In this document: positions 44,596 to 52,647 of the stretch, piece by piece
Layout of the letters: each line of letters opens with the position of its first letter
Position numbering within the stretch: position 1 is the stretch's first letter
Virus record (IMG/VR): IMGVR_UViG_3300038461_000026
Coordinates: 1-52,647 of that record
DNA length: 52,647 nt
Direction: 5' to 3' (one strand)
From: a virus
Lineage: Duplodnaviria > Caudoviricetes
Notes under the pieces: model-generated
What the model was told of the DNA's origin: nothing
Database searches by the model: none
What the model saw: only the letters and a program-made list of their open reading frames with translations
Position numbers and translations under genes: made by a program

Positions 44596-45410
44596 TGAGT
44601 TGGCTTTATGACACGGTCGATCTTGTAACTTTCGGTATTAATCCGGGACAAATTACTGGTAATATCGCACTTCAGGGCTGTTTTGATTTCCCGGAACGTA
44701 TTGGAGCAACCTGTTATGAATGGGGCGATGAAGCCGGTGTTGAACCTTATGTTGAAGATGACGAATTGTTTTATGCTGGTCGTGATATTAATTTTCAAGC
44801 ATCTATTTTTGGCAGCCGTCCAAGTATTCTGGTAAATCTTCAATCTCTTTATTCACTTGTGAATTCCGCAGCATCGGGCACAAGGGTCTTTTCAACCCCT
44901 TACGGCGACTTTAATGTTTACAGCAAGAATATTACTCCTGCACATACACGGCTTGCCTGTACCCTAACGTGGGGCTTCAGGGAGCCTGTAATTAATCTTA
45001 CGGGCGGAAGTATTCAAGCGGCAGGGGCTTCGGCATATCAAATAGACGGGGTTCCTATGACAAGTTATGGATTGTATGTTTCCAGCCTTGCAGACCTTCT
45101 CGAGCTGCCGGAACTAAAAGATCAACACTTCACGGCTTTTGAAGTGGAGGGATTTCAACTCACAAAACGAAAAGCCAATAAATTAAGCATTGACGGATTG
45201 ATAATTGGAACGTCTTTAGCGGCATTCCAGACTCATATACGGAATCTTTTTGCCTTATATTCAGCTTCAGGGACGCGGCAAATAAATATTAACAATGAAC
45301 TGTTAATAACTTGCTTCCCGGAACATGGATTCAAGGTTGATACTATTTACGTTGGCAGCTTTGTTATTGCCAAGTTTAAAAGTGATTTAACAATTATTTC
45401 AATTACTTAA
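44595..45410 (+). CDS. Distal tail-like protein (two related halves)
   Basis: Follows TMP; YDTVDLVTFGI and YQIDGVPMTSYGL open two similar domains. Confidence 0.65.
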   Translation: MSWLYDTVDLVTFGINPGQITGNIALQGCFDFPERIGATCYEWGDEAGVEPYVEDDELFYAGRDINFQASIFGSRPSILVNLQSLYSLVNSAASGTRVFSTPYGDFNVYSKNITPAHTRLACTLTWGFREPVINLTGGSIQAAGASAYQIDGVPMTSYGLYVSSLADLLELPELKDQHFTAFEVEGFQLTKRKANKLSIDGLIIGTSLAAFQTHIRNLFALYSASGTRQININNELLITCFPEHGFKVDTIYVGSFVIAKFKSDLTIISIT

Positions 45411-45421
45411 AATTAAAAACA

Positions 45422-45571
45422 ATGGGAGGAGTAGGTTCTGGCAGGAGGCCAACAGGACGGTCAAAAGCGCCTAAAACAACACGACCGAAAAAACACGGTG
45501 CTATGGGTGGTGCAGCTTATGCAGCCAGAATAAAAAGGCTGGAAAAAATATGGAAGCATGTAACACATTAA
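45422..45571 (+). CDS. 49-aa basic micro-protein with MGGxGSGR N-terminus (not in ORF track)
   Basis: MGGVGSGRRPTGRSKAPKTTRPKKHGAMGGAAYAARIKRLEKIWKHVTH; A-rich leader; fills gap. Confidence 0.6.
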   Translation: MGGVGSGRRPTGRSKAPKTTRPKKHGAMGGAAYAARIKRLEKIWKHVTH

Positions 45572-45575
45572 AATA

Positions 45576-48500
45576 ATGAATACCCTTCAAATATATCGTG
45601 CCGGGAATGTTTTTGTCACAGTTCCAATTGACGAAAGCACCGTCTTTTCGCATAAACTTATGGGTGAAAATAAGGTCACTCTTAACTTTACGGCGAATGC
45701 TCCGGTTCCTTTTGCCATAAGCGATTATATCATTGTAGGGACGGAAAATTACCAGATAAACAGGCTTACGGGAGTCATAAAGCTTGACAGCAAAACCTAT
45801 CAGTACACTATTGACTTTGAAAGTATAATGTACGATCTCGGGAAAAAGCTGTTTATGTCAATTGACAATCTGGCGGAATATGGAAGAACAGGCACAGCGG
45901 CCGACTTTGTAAATGACATTGTTACAAATATGAACTCCATTGGTTCTGGCTGGACAGCAGGAACGGTTGATCCTGAAACCGAAACCAAGACTATCGTATT
46001 TTCAAATGAGAACTGCTGGAAGGCACTTATGAAGGTTGCTGAAGCGTTTGCGCTTGAATGGACGCTTACCGGAAAGTCTATTTCAATGGTAAAATCCGTA
46101 GGGACGGAAACCTTGCTCAGCTTTGAATACGGTCGCAATGTAGGGTTGAATAAATTGGAAAGGGTACAGGTACAGGATCAAAACATAGTCACTAAGGTTT
46201 ACGGATTCGGCTCGATGACGAATATCCCGGACACTTACCGGAACCGGGCAAAACGGCTTGTCTTTGAAGAAACTTCAGCTCCTTCCGGGTACGGTGGCGG
46301 AATAAGATTCTTAACCAAGAACACAGAACTATATGGAGTTATCGAAGGACAATTTACAGACGATGACATATTCCCAAACAGAACAGGCACGGTTGAGCAG
46401 GCCGTTCAGCTTTTTGACACAAACAATCTTTATCTTCCCGGCACAAGTTATATTCAAGATGGTACTATTGACTTCAATATAATTGACTATTACATAAACG
46501 GGATGACTCCGTTAATTGTATTCAAATCAGGAGCGCTGGGTGGCCAAGAATTTGAGATATGGAAATATGATCCAGACAACAAACGGATTTACTTCAATCC
46601 TCAATCAGATGAAGATGGCTGGACGACTCCGCAGCCGGGGTTTGTCGCAGCCCCCGGAGATACTTATACCTTGGTTAATATTGCACTTCCACAGGCATAT
46701 ATTGATACTGCCGAAGCGGCATTACTGGCAGCAACGGAAAAATACCTTGATGAGAACAGCGTTCCGATGGTGGCATATATTATTGACTTGGATCCAAAAT
46801 ATGCAAAAACCAATACCATTGTGGTTGCAGTAGGTGATAAAGTAACGGTTATTGATTCAGCCTTGGGTGTTAATAGCTTAATACGAATTTCCGAACTTTC
46901 ATACCCTTTAATCAACCCTTATAAGAAAAAGGCCGTAATTGCAGACTTCGTTCCATATACGACTCAGGAACGGATTATTCACGCAGCAATATCGAGTACA
47001 ATAGAAACCCGAATTGTTGATCGAAGTGCAGATGAATTAACCCGGCGAAATGCAATGAGGCAAAGGCAATTATTGGGATTGATCTTTGACGCTGACGGGT
47101 ACTTTGACGGTTCCCGGATTAAACCATTGACAGTTGAAACTATGGCATTAGCCGTGGGTGCAAAATCACAGAATTTTCACCTTAACGGGGTTACTATAAA
47201 GGCAAACTATCTTGGTAATCCTAATTCCTTTTATGTCAGTCCCGGAGAGTTGGTTCATCACGAAATTGATATTTCCGGGCAGTATGTTTGGGAAATTCAG
47301 GCAGCCTATGAAGTGGATAATCTCACTCCCACAACAGCTTATTATTTATATGCCAAATGTTCAAAGTTAGCAATGGTTGGCGAATGGCTTCTATCGGACA
47401 CTCAATACGCAGCCGACGGAATAGACGGGTATTACTATTTCCTTTGTGGTATTCTTTACGCAGTTTACACCGATGACATTGGGAGCTGGCGAGATTTTGA
47501 CTTCACTTATGGAATGACTTATATTAATGGCCGGACAATAACGACCGGAAGAATTCAGACTTTGAACAAACTGAATTATATTGATCTTGATACCAATATG
47601 TTCAGAATAGGCGATTCAAACAGTTCCCTTGATTGGGGTGTTACTGTAGCCGGGCAACTAACTCTTAAAGGGGTTCTGGTGCAAAGGGGAGCTGGCGAGT
47701 ATTTCCCTGTTATTCTTTTCCGGGGAGTTTATAACCCGGCAATAGTTTATTACCATGGAGATATGGTTACTTATAATAACCAGACATGGATGTTTCACAA
47801 TGACACCCCAACGGCCGGGGTAACTCCTGTGGAGGGGGAATTCTGGACTTTAACTTCACAGGTGGGTGCGCAGGGAGCAGATGGAGCAAGCCCGATCGGT
47901 ATTTACCGGGGAGAATGGAGCATTGGAACTGATTATTACGGTACTTCTATTCGGGTCGATATTGTACATTACGGAGGTGTTTATTACATAGCAAAACCCA
48001 CAGCCGGGAATCCCTTCAGGGGAATAGTGCCAACAAACACGGCTTTTTGGCAGAGCTTCGGAGCTAATTTTGAATCAATTGCCACAAAACTGATCTTTGC
48101 GGAATTTGCATTTATAGATAATTTGGGGGTAAGATTCTTTGAAGGCATCCCAGTAAGTCCGGGAGATTTGGATGGATATGTAACTAATACGCTTCCCAAT
48201 ATAGCAGGAACCGCAAGGATTGATCATGTAGTTTTGACTTATGGCATAAGTGGCTCGGCGAATATAACCTGTAACGGAGTTACCCGGCTTTGTAATTTTG
48301 CAAGTTCATTAAGTCAATCGGCTCAAAACTTCAAGGACTTATTCTATACTGATTATTATGTTTCCGGGGTGTTACTTTCAGTATCGAGTAATATTCTTTC
48401 ATTTACAGAGATGAACGGGGTTGATTTTTCTGGAAGCACAAGTATTGTAAATGTATCAGGAACCTTATCAGGAGAATCGAATACGAGTCCATCGCACGTT

Positions 48501-49088
48501 GACGGACAGGCACAAGTTGATACAGTTACTTTAACAGGAACAGGAGGGTGCGCAGATATAACAGCCAATGGATTAACCCGAAGAGCTTATTTCATAGATT
48601 CCCTATCGGACGCAGCTATTAATTTCAGGGATGCTTGTGATACCGCTTACCTTGAAAGGGATATAATTGTAACGGCAAGTGGACCTGATATAATTTTCAC
48701 CTCGAGATACAAAGGTCAAGCTTTCACGGGGACAACTTCAATAGTTCATGTTGATTCTTCATATCAGGGAGCGGTAAGTATTGCCGGGAACGATATTTGG
48801 GAAAACTATACAAACAATGACCATTATGGAGCTATTTTAATAAACATGAGAGGATATAATGGTGGTTCAGAGTATTTCAGAACGGTTGTTATTGGAGATG
48901 GGAAGGGGAATTTTGTAATGACAATAGGGGGAAATCCATTAGAACGTGGGAATCATAAATTTATAAATATCAATGCCGAAACGATAAGACTATGGAATCT
49001 TCCGACAGGGGGGAGTCAGTGTTATTCCGGTGAACTTTATGTTGATGCAAATGGATTTATAAAACAAAAACTGCCAAATAGATTCTAA
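45576..49088 (+). CDS. Tail tip / baseplate hub protein
   Basis: FEYGRNVGL..VTKVYGFGSMTNIP..Y; YGMTYINGRTITTGRI; FRGVYN..YY.GD repeats; two tandem ~100-aa domains near C-terminus. Confidence 0.8.
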   Translation: MNTLQIYRAGNVFVTVPIDESTVFSHKLMGENKVTLNFTANAPVPFAISDYIIVGTENYQINRLTGVIKLDSKTYQYTIDFESIMYDLGKKLFMSIDNLAEYGRTGTAADFVNDIVTNMNSIGSGWTAGTVDPETETKTIVFSNENCWKALMKVAEAFALEWTLTGKSISMVKSVGTETLLSFEYGRNVGLNKLERVQVQDQNIVTKVYGFGSMTNIPDTYRNRAKRLVFEETSAPSGYGGGIRFLTKNTELYGVIEGQFTDDDIFPNRTGTVEQAVQLFDTNNLYLPGTSYIQDGTIDFNIIDYYINGMTPLIVFKSGALGGQEFEIWKYDPDNKRIYFNPQSDEDGWTTPQPGFVAAPGDTYTLVNIALPQAYIDTAEAALLAATEKYLDENSVPMVAYIIDLDPKYAKTNTIVVAVGDKVTVIDSALGVNSLIRISELSYPLINPYKKKAVIADFVPYTTQERIIHAAISSTIETRIVDRSADELTRRNAMRQRQLLGLIFDADGYFDGSRIKPLTVETMALAVGAKSQNFHLNGVTIKANYLGNPNSFYVSPGELVHHEIDISGQYVWEIQAAYEVDNLTPTTAYYLYAKCSKLAMVGEWLLSDTQYAADGIDGYYYFLCGILYAVYTDDIGSWRDFDFTYGMTYINGRTITTGRIQTLNKLNYIDLDTNMFRIGDSNSSLDWGVTVAGQLTLKGVLVQRGAGEYFPVILFRGVYNPAIVYYHGDMVTYNNQTWMFHNDTPTAGVTPVEGEFWTLTSQVGAQGADGASPIGIYRGEWSIGTDYYGTSIRVDIVHYGGVYYIAKPTAGNPFRGIVPTNTAFWQSFGANFESIATKLIFAEFAFIDNLGVRFFEGIPVSPGDLDGYVTNTLPNIAGTARIDHVVLTYGISGSANITCNGVTRLCNFASSLSQSAQNFKDLFYTDYYVSGVLLSVSSNILSFTEMNGVDFSGSTSIVNVSGTLSGESNTSPSHVDGQAQVDTVTLTGTGGCADITANGLTRRAYFIDSLSDAAINFRDACDTAYLERDIIVTASGPDIIFTSRYKGQAFTGTTSIVHVDSSYQGAVSIAGNDIWENYTNNDHYGAILINMRGYNGGSEYFRTVVIGDGKGNFVMTIGGNPLERGNHKFININAETIRLWNLPTGGSQCYSGELYVDANGFIKQKLPNRF

Positions 49089-50797
49089 TGGGAATTGCGA
49101 CAGGACATAGAAATGGTGGAGTTCCACTTGCTCCGGGGAAACGGCATGGGATAAATCAAATTACCAACCGGCATGGAATTCCTTTCTACAAACAGGGTAC
49201 TGGAAGTTCCGGCACTTCTATAAAAAGACAGGGAGAAACGGCAATTAATTTTAATCTCTCAGGTAATTTATCCGGGCAAGCTTCTGTAAAAAGTCCTTTA
49301 ATGGCGGCAGAATTATTCAGATTTCTTCTTTCCGGTAATTTATCAAAGTCTGTTACTTCGCATGAGGCTCAATTACTGAAGACTTACGGAATCACTATTA
49401 ATTTCTTCAATACAGGGGAATTGAGGCGAAAGCAAAAGTTATCTGGATTTTCTCAAATTCAATTTGATGTTCCGGGAACTATTGCGGCAGCAAGGAAACA
49501 GTATAATCGTGCAGGAGTGTCGTGGATTACGCTTGACGTACAGGGTAATTTAATAGCAGTTCCTGTTCAATTAGGATATGGATTACTTTATAATTGGTAT
49601 TGTATATCTTCTATTAAGTGGGGATATTTATACAATAAATATGCAGCACAGGATTCAAGATATCTCGCTGCTGACGGATGGAGATTGCCTAATGGAACTG
49701 ATTTATACTATATGGCACGGCCTCTTATTGATGGTCATTCTGATCCGTATCCAGAAGCCGGGACAGCCTTTTCGAGTGATAATATTTACGATTGGCAGGG
49801 GACAATTTATGGCACTAATTCATCGGGGTATAATGGAAAAGGAACAGGATCAAGAGCGGCAAACGGAGGATTTGGAAATGGTGGTTATGGTCAAGAGTCT
49901 TTTTGGGATAGTTACGGAACAATATATAAATGGTGGCTTAATAATGGTCAATATGCCCCCTATGCTTATGCTGTCACAAATAATGGCTGTTCAATCAGGT
50001 TTGTTAAGGATTCCACAACCCTTTCAGAAGGTGAATTTGGTACATATACAGGCAATGACGGGAGGGTTTATAAAACCAAATGCATCAACGGAGTCGAGAC
50101 TATGGTTGAGTATCTGGCAGAAACAAAATACCGTAATGGAGATTTAATACCAGTTGTCCCGGGTAATTATGCATGGTCGGTATTAACGACAGGAGCAAGG
50201 TGCGCTTATAACCTTAATGAAGATAATGCGTTTCGCAATATCGCACCTGCTGGATGGCATATTCCAACTCACACAGAATTACAAGACTTAGTAACGTATG
50301 TTGGATCAGGTCCTTTTAACAAACTAAGAGAAATAGGAGTTGTTTATTGGTCTATGTCGGGAGGGACAAATGATTTCAGTTTTAATGCAAGAGGTAGTGG
50401 CAGGCGGGAATATTGGAATGGTGCTTTCGCATTATTAAGAGCAGATATGTATTTGTGGTGTAAGGATACCTTATCGGGGTATCCTTATGGGATGTACTTA
50501 TGGCAAGCCCCAGAAAGTGTTGTAATCACCTCATTTTATCATAGAGAAGGTCATTCAGTTCGTCCTATAAAAGACTCTACTTCTTTATCAGATGGGCAAG
50601 CCGGAACAGTAACAGATATTGACGGCAATACTTACCCGACTATTTGTATAGGCACTCAAGAATGGTTTGCATCAAACTTAAAGGTAACAAAATATAACGA
50701 TGGCACTCCAATACCAGAAGTGACGGATAATGATGAGTGGGCGGCTTTGACGGACGGAGCTTTATGTGCATATAATAACGATCATAATAATATATAA
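49088..50797 (+). CDS. Putative receptor-binding protein with two FISUMP (Fib_succ_major)-type domains
   Basis: YGLLYNWY, APAGWHIPT, GHSVRPIKD, TDIDGNTYPTICIGTQEWFASNLKVTKYNDG. Confidence 0.8.
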   Translation: MGIATGHRNGGVPLAPGKRHGINQITNRHGIPFYKQGTGSSGTSIKRQGETAINFNLSGNLSGQASVKSPLMAAELFRFLLSGNLSKSVTSHEAQLLKTYGITINFFNTGELRRKQKLSGFSQIQFDVPGTIAAARKQYNRAGVSWITLDVQGNLIAVPVQLGYGLLYNWYCISSIKWGYLYNKYAAQDSRYLAADGWRLPNGTDLYYMARPLIDGHSDPYPEAGTAFSSDNIYDWQGTIYGTNSSGYNGKGTGSRAANGGFGNGGYGQESFWDSYGTIYKWWLNNGQYAPYAYAVTNNGCSIRFVKDSTTLSEGEFGTYTGNDGRVYKTKCINGVETMVEYLAETKYRNGDLIPVVPGNYAWSVLTTGARCAYNLNEDNAFRNIAPAGWHIPTHTELQDLVTYVGSGPFNKLREIGVVYWSMSGGTNDFSFNARGSGRREYWNGAFALLRADMYLWCKDTLSGYPYGMYLWQAPESVVITSFYHREGHSVRPIKDSTSLSDGQAGTVTDIDGNTYPTICIGTQEWFASNLKVTKYNDGTPIPEVTDNDEWAALTDGALCAYNNDHNNI

Positions 50798-50806
50798 ATT
50801 AAAGTG

Positions 50807-50814
50807 TAACTTTG
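50807..50814 (+). promoter_or_regulatory. Possible -7 element (TAACTTTG)
   Basis: Intergenic, 16 nt before ATG 50831; no clear upstream TTG. Confidence 0.35.
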
Positions 50815-50830
50815 ATAAAACTTAAAGACA

Positions 50831-51136
50831 ATGAACAAAGAAGGAAAATCACTCGGATTAAAACCGCAGATAGTTGTCGGGGTCGGTCCTCATACAATTA
50901 CTTCGGGATATAAGGCTTATGCCTGTAAGGTTCGTGTTGACAATACACAAATCAAATCTTACACCAGAATAAAAAATGATGCCGGAGATACAGAAGTAGT
51001 TACAAACGATACTTTTGAAAGCATTAATCTCCTTGCAGGAATTGACTACATTCCTTTTGAAGATCCAATAGTAGCAATTACGCTTAATTCGGTAGCGGAT
51101 AGTATTACTTTATTTCTTGAACCGTATAATACTTAA
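50831..51136 (+). CDS. Small tail accessory protein
   Basis: 101 aa beta-rich; in tail accessory cluster. Confidence 0.55.
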   Translation: MNKEGKSLGLKPQIVVGVGPHTITSGYKAYACKVRVDNTQIKSYTRIKNDAGDTEVVTNDTFESINLLAGIDYIPFEDPIVAITLNSVADSITLFLEPYNT

Positions 51137-51141
51137 CAGTC

Positions 51142-52323
51142 ATGCCAGATATTGTAACTGGAATTGGGATTAAAATTGATCAGGCTTCAGGCAGTCGTAA
51201 CTGGACTCCCCTAAGAATCTCATCAAAGTTTCTTGAAGGATGGTCAATTACTGGTGCAGGGAATCTTGTCGGGCAAATACTTGGAAACATCTTAACTGTT
51301 GGTGGCAGTGCAGGCAGTTACACATTTCAGGTTCCTCAGACGACTCCTTATCTTAATGCTGATGATGAATATATTTGGGTAAATCCTGATGGAGTAACAT
51401 GGAGAACCGCAACAGAGAACGAGTTAATAACCAGTGATTTTTCAAAGACTTTCGTTAAATATGATAATACAACACCTTATGCAATAAGAGAGATTTGGAT
51501 TCTTAAGTCAGGACAAACACTAACAACTGCTGAAGAAAACCACATGAGGGATTACTGCCAACTTTCTTATTGGTGGAGTGATGTACTGTCTAATTATGGA
51601 GCATGGAAGGGAAATCGAACAGTAGGTAAGGCTGTATGGGGTCCAGACATTCCACTTATTCCAACAGGACTAACTCTTAGTTTAATTTCTGGTGGCGTTA
51701 AGGTTGATTGGACGGATAATACAGGAGGTACTGCACAGACAGAAATATGGGCACAGAACGACGGAGGAACTTCTGCCTTAGTTTATACTATTAATGCAGG
51801 AATAGTAACGAAAAGCGAAACGGTCAATCCTGTTGATTTGAGGTATTACAAAATAAGATCTAAGAGAAGTGGTCTTTATTCTGCATTTACAAGCGAAGTC
51901 TCTATTGCAATGCTTGGAGCGGAAAAGGTTACAAACGGTGGTTTTGCTGACGGAACGGGATGGACTATTACAGCTCCGGCAGGATGGGTAATCTCCGGAG
52001 GAAAGGCTATCTATGCTTATAGTCCTTATAACAGAATTATTAGGCAGAATATGGCTATTACTTTAAATCACTATTATAGATTAAAGTTTACTATAGCTGA
52101 TATAACAGTAGCGGCAGCAATAGGGTTTTATGGAACAAATTTTACTTTTGCAACGCCCTTTCATGGAACTCCTGACGGTTATCCTGCGCAGACTGCGGGT
52201 GATAAGGTGTATTATATAAAATGTATAAATACAGAAACAGAACTTGTTGTATATGGTTTGCCTGCAATTGGGGTTTCATTTAGTCTCGATAATTTATCAT
52301 TAAAAGAAATATTAAGTCCATGA
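51142..52323 (+). CDS. Tail accessory protein with FN3-like and carbohydrate-binding-like domains
   Basis: PTGLTLS..VKVDWTDN..YYKIRS..YSAFTSEV; EKVTNGGFADGTGWT..YRLKFTI..LDNLSLKE. Confidence 0.65.
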   Translation: MPDIVTGIGIKIDQASGSRNWTPLRISSKFLEGWSITGAGNLVGQILGNILTVGGSAGSYTFQVPQTTPYLNADDEYIWVNPDGVTWRTATENELITSDFSKTFVKYDNTTPYAIREIWILKSGQTLTTAEENHMRDYCQLSYWWSDVLSNYGAWKGNRTVGKAVWGPDIPLIPTGLTLSLISGGVKVDWTDNTGGTAQTEIWAQNDGGTSALVYTINAGIVTKSETVNPVDLRYYKIRSKRSGLYSAFTSEVSIAMLGAEKVTNGGFADGTGWTITAPAGWVISGGKAIYAYSPYNRIIRQNMAITLNHYYRLKFTIADITVAAAIGFYGTNFTFATPFHGTPDGYPAQTAGDKVYYIKCINTETELVVYGLPAIGVSFSLDNLSLKEILSP

Positions 52324-52647
52324 CAACGATAGTTCCGGGGATGACTCCTGCCGCATTTGTAGCAGCATTGAACAGTAATTTTCATTCTGCTCAAACACCT
52401 ATTACTACCGTAATGGATGCAGCAACTCTTAAATCTACTTTTGAGGCTAATTATGATTGTGTTCAGGCAATAATATCTAAAGTGCCTAATAAAACTCCAT
52501 TAGTTGTTGGTGCAAACGCAAGCGATTTTATAGGTGCATTAAATACAAATTATGCAAATATTAACAATTGGATAACAAACTCACCGCCCGTCACAGGACT
52601 GATGACTCTTGCAAACACAGGAACTAAAACTCCTGCAACGAGCAGTA
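52320..52647 (+). CDS. N-terminal part of GH29-like protein (continues at position 1)
   Basis: ATG overlaps upstream stop; MTTIVPGMTPAAFVAALNSNF.. open to window end and in frame with 93-1031 across the repeat. Confidence 0.8.
   Translation, partial: MTTIVPGMTPAAFVAALNSNFHSAQTPITTVMDAATLKSTFEANYDCVQAIISKVPNKTPLVVGANASDFIGALNTNYANINNWITNSPPVTGLMTLANTGTKTPATSS
52612..52647 (+). repeat. Terminal direct repeat, right copy
   Basis: caaacacaggaactaaaacTcctgcaacgagcagta; single G/T difference (ACG/ACT, both Thr). Confidence 0.95.

Larger units (their letters stand above)
1..52647 (+). mobile_element. Complete circular tailed bacteriophage genome (siphovirus-like, probable Bacteroidetes host)
   Basis: Terminase, portal, capsid, tail tube, tape measure, lysis and replication modules all present; 36-bp terminal overlap; unidirectional gene order; no tail sheath gene seen. 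Confidence 0.93.

Noticed and set aside
49088-50797. Diversity-generating retroelement targeting the FISUMP protein
   Set aside because: No reverse transcriptase or Avd-like ORF in the window, and I found no near-identical template repeat differing at adenines; action in trans cannot be excluded
1802-52394. Minus-strand ORFs and nested alternative-frame ORFs in the track (e.g. 9714-10178, 42951-43220, 49578-50147)
   Set aside because: All overlap well-supported + strand genes and show no recognisable motifs; treated as shadow ORFs
1-52647. tRNA genes or stop-codon reassignment
   Set aside because: No cloverleaf with a T-loop GTTCRA in the few intergenic gaps; core genes are full length under the standard code and all three stops are used

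Overview
The window reads as a complete, circularly closed ~52.6 kb tailed-phage genome (siphovirus-type). Positions 1-36 recur at 52612-52647 with one synonymous mismatch, and an ORF reads through that junction. All credible genes lie on the + strand, and I see no integrase, tRNA, CRISPR array or reverse transcriptase. A Bacteroidetes host is inferred from repeated TAnnTTTG (-7) promoter elements, the near absence of Shine-Dalgarno sites, Bacteroidetes-style signal peptides and FISUMP domains. Gene order: lysis (1.8-4.4 kb); early small genes (4.6-8.6 kb); recombination and replication (annealase, PD-(D/E)xK exonuclease, initiator with internal ori, DnaB, RuvC-like, SSB; 8.6-18.7 kb); a ParB-like plus cobalamin-type radical SAM cassette; TerS/TerL/portal; a glycosyltransferase-epimerase island inside the head module; head, neck and tail genes; and receptor-binding/carbohydrate-active tail accessories wrapping across the ends. 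The most unusual elements are the glycan island, the radical SAM cassette with a structured leader, a conserved 46-bp intergenic element at module boundaries, a three-way-junction RNA candidate, a nested circularly permuted FISUMP protein, a divergent GH29-like tail enzyme, a signal-peptide-bearing fibre/beta-helix protein, four unannotated basic micro-proteins and strong CCGG enrichment. All family calls come from reading motifs by eye, not from database searches.
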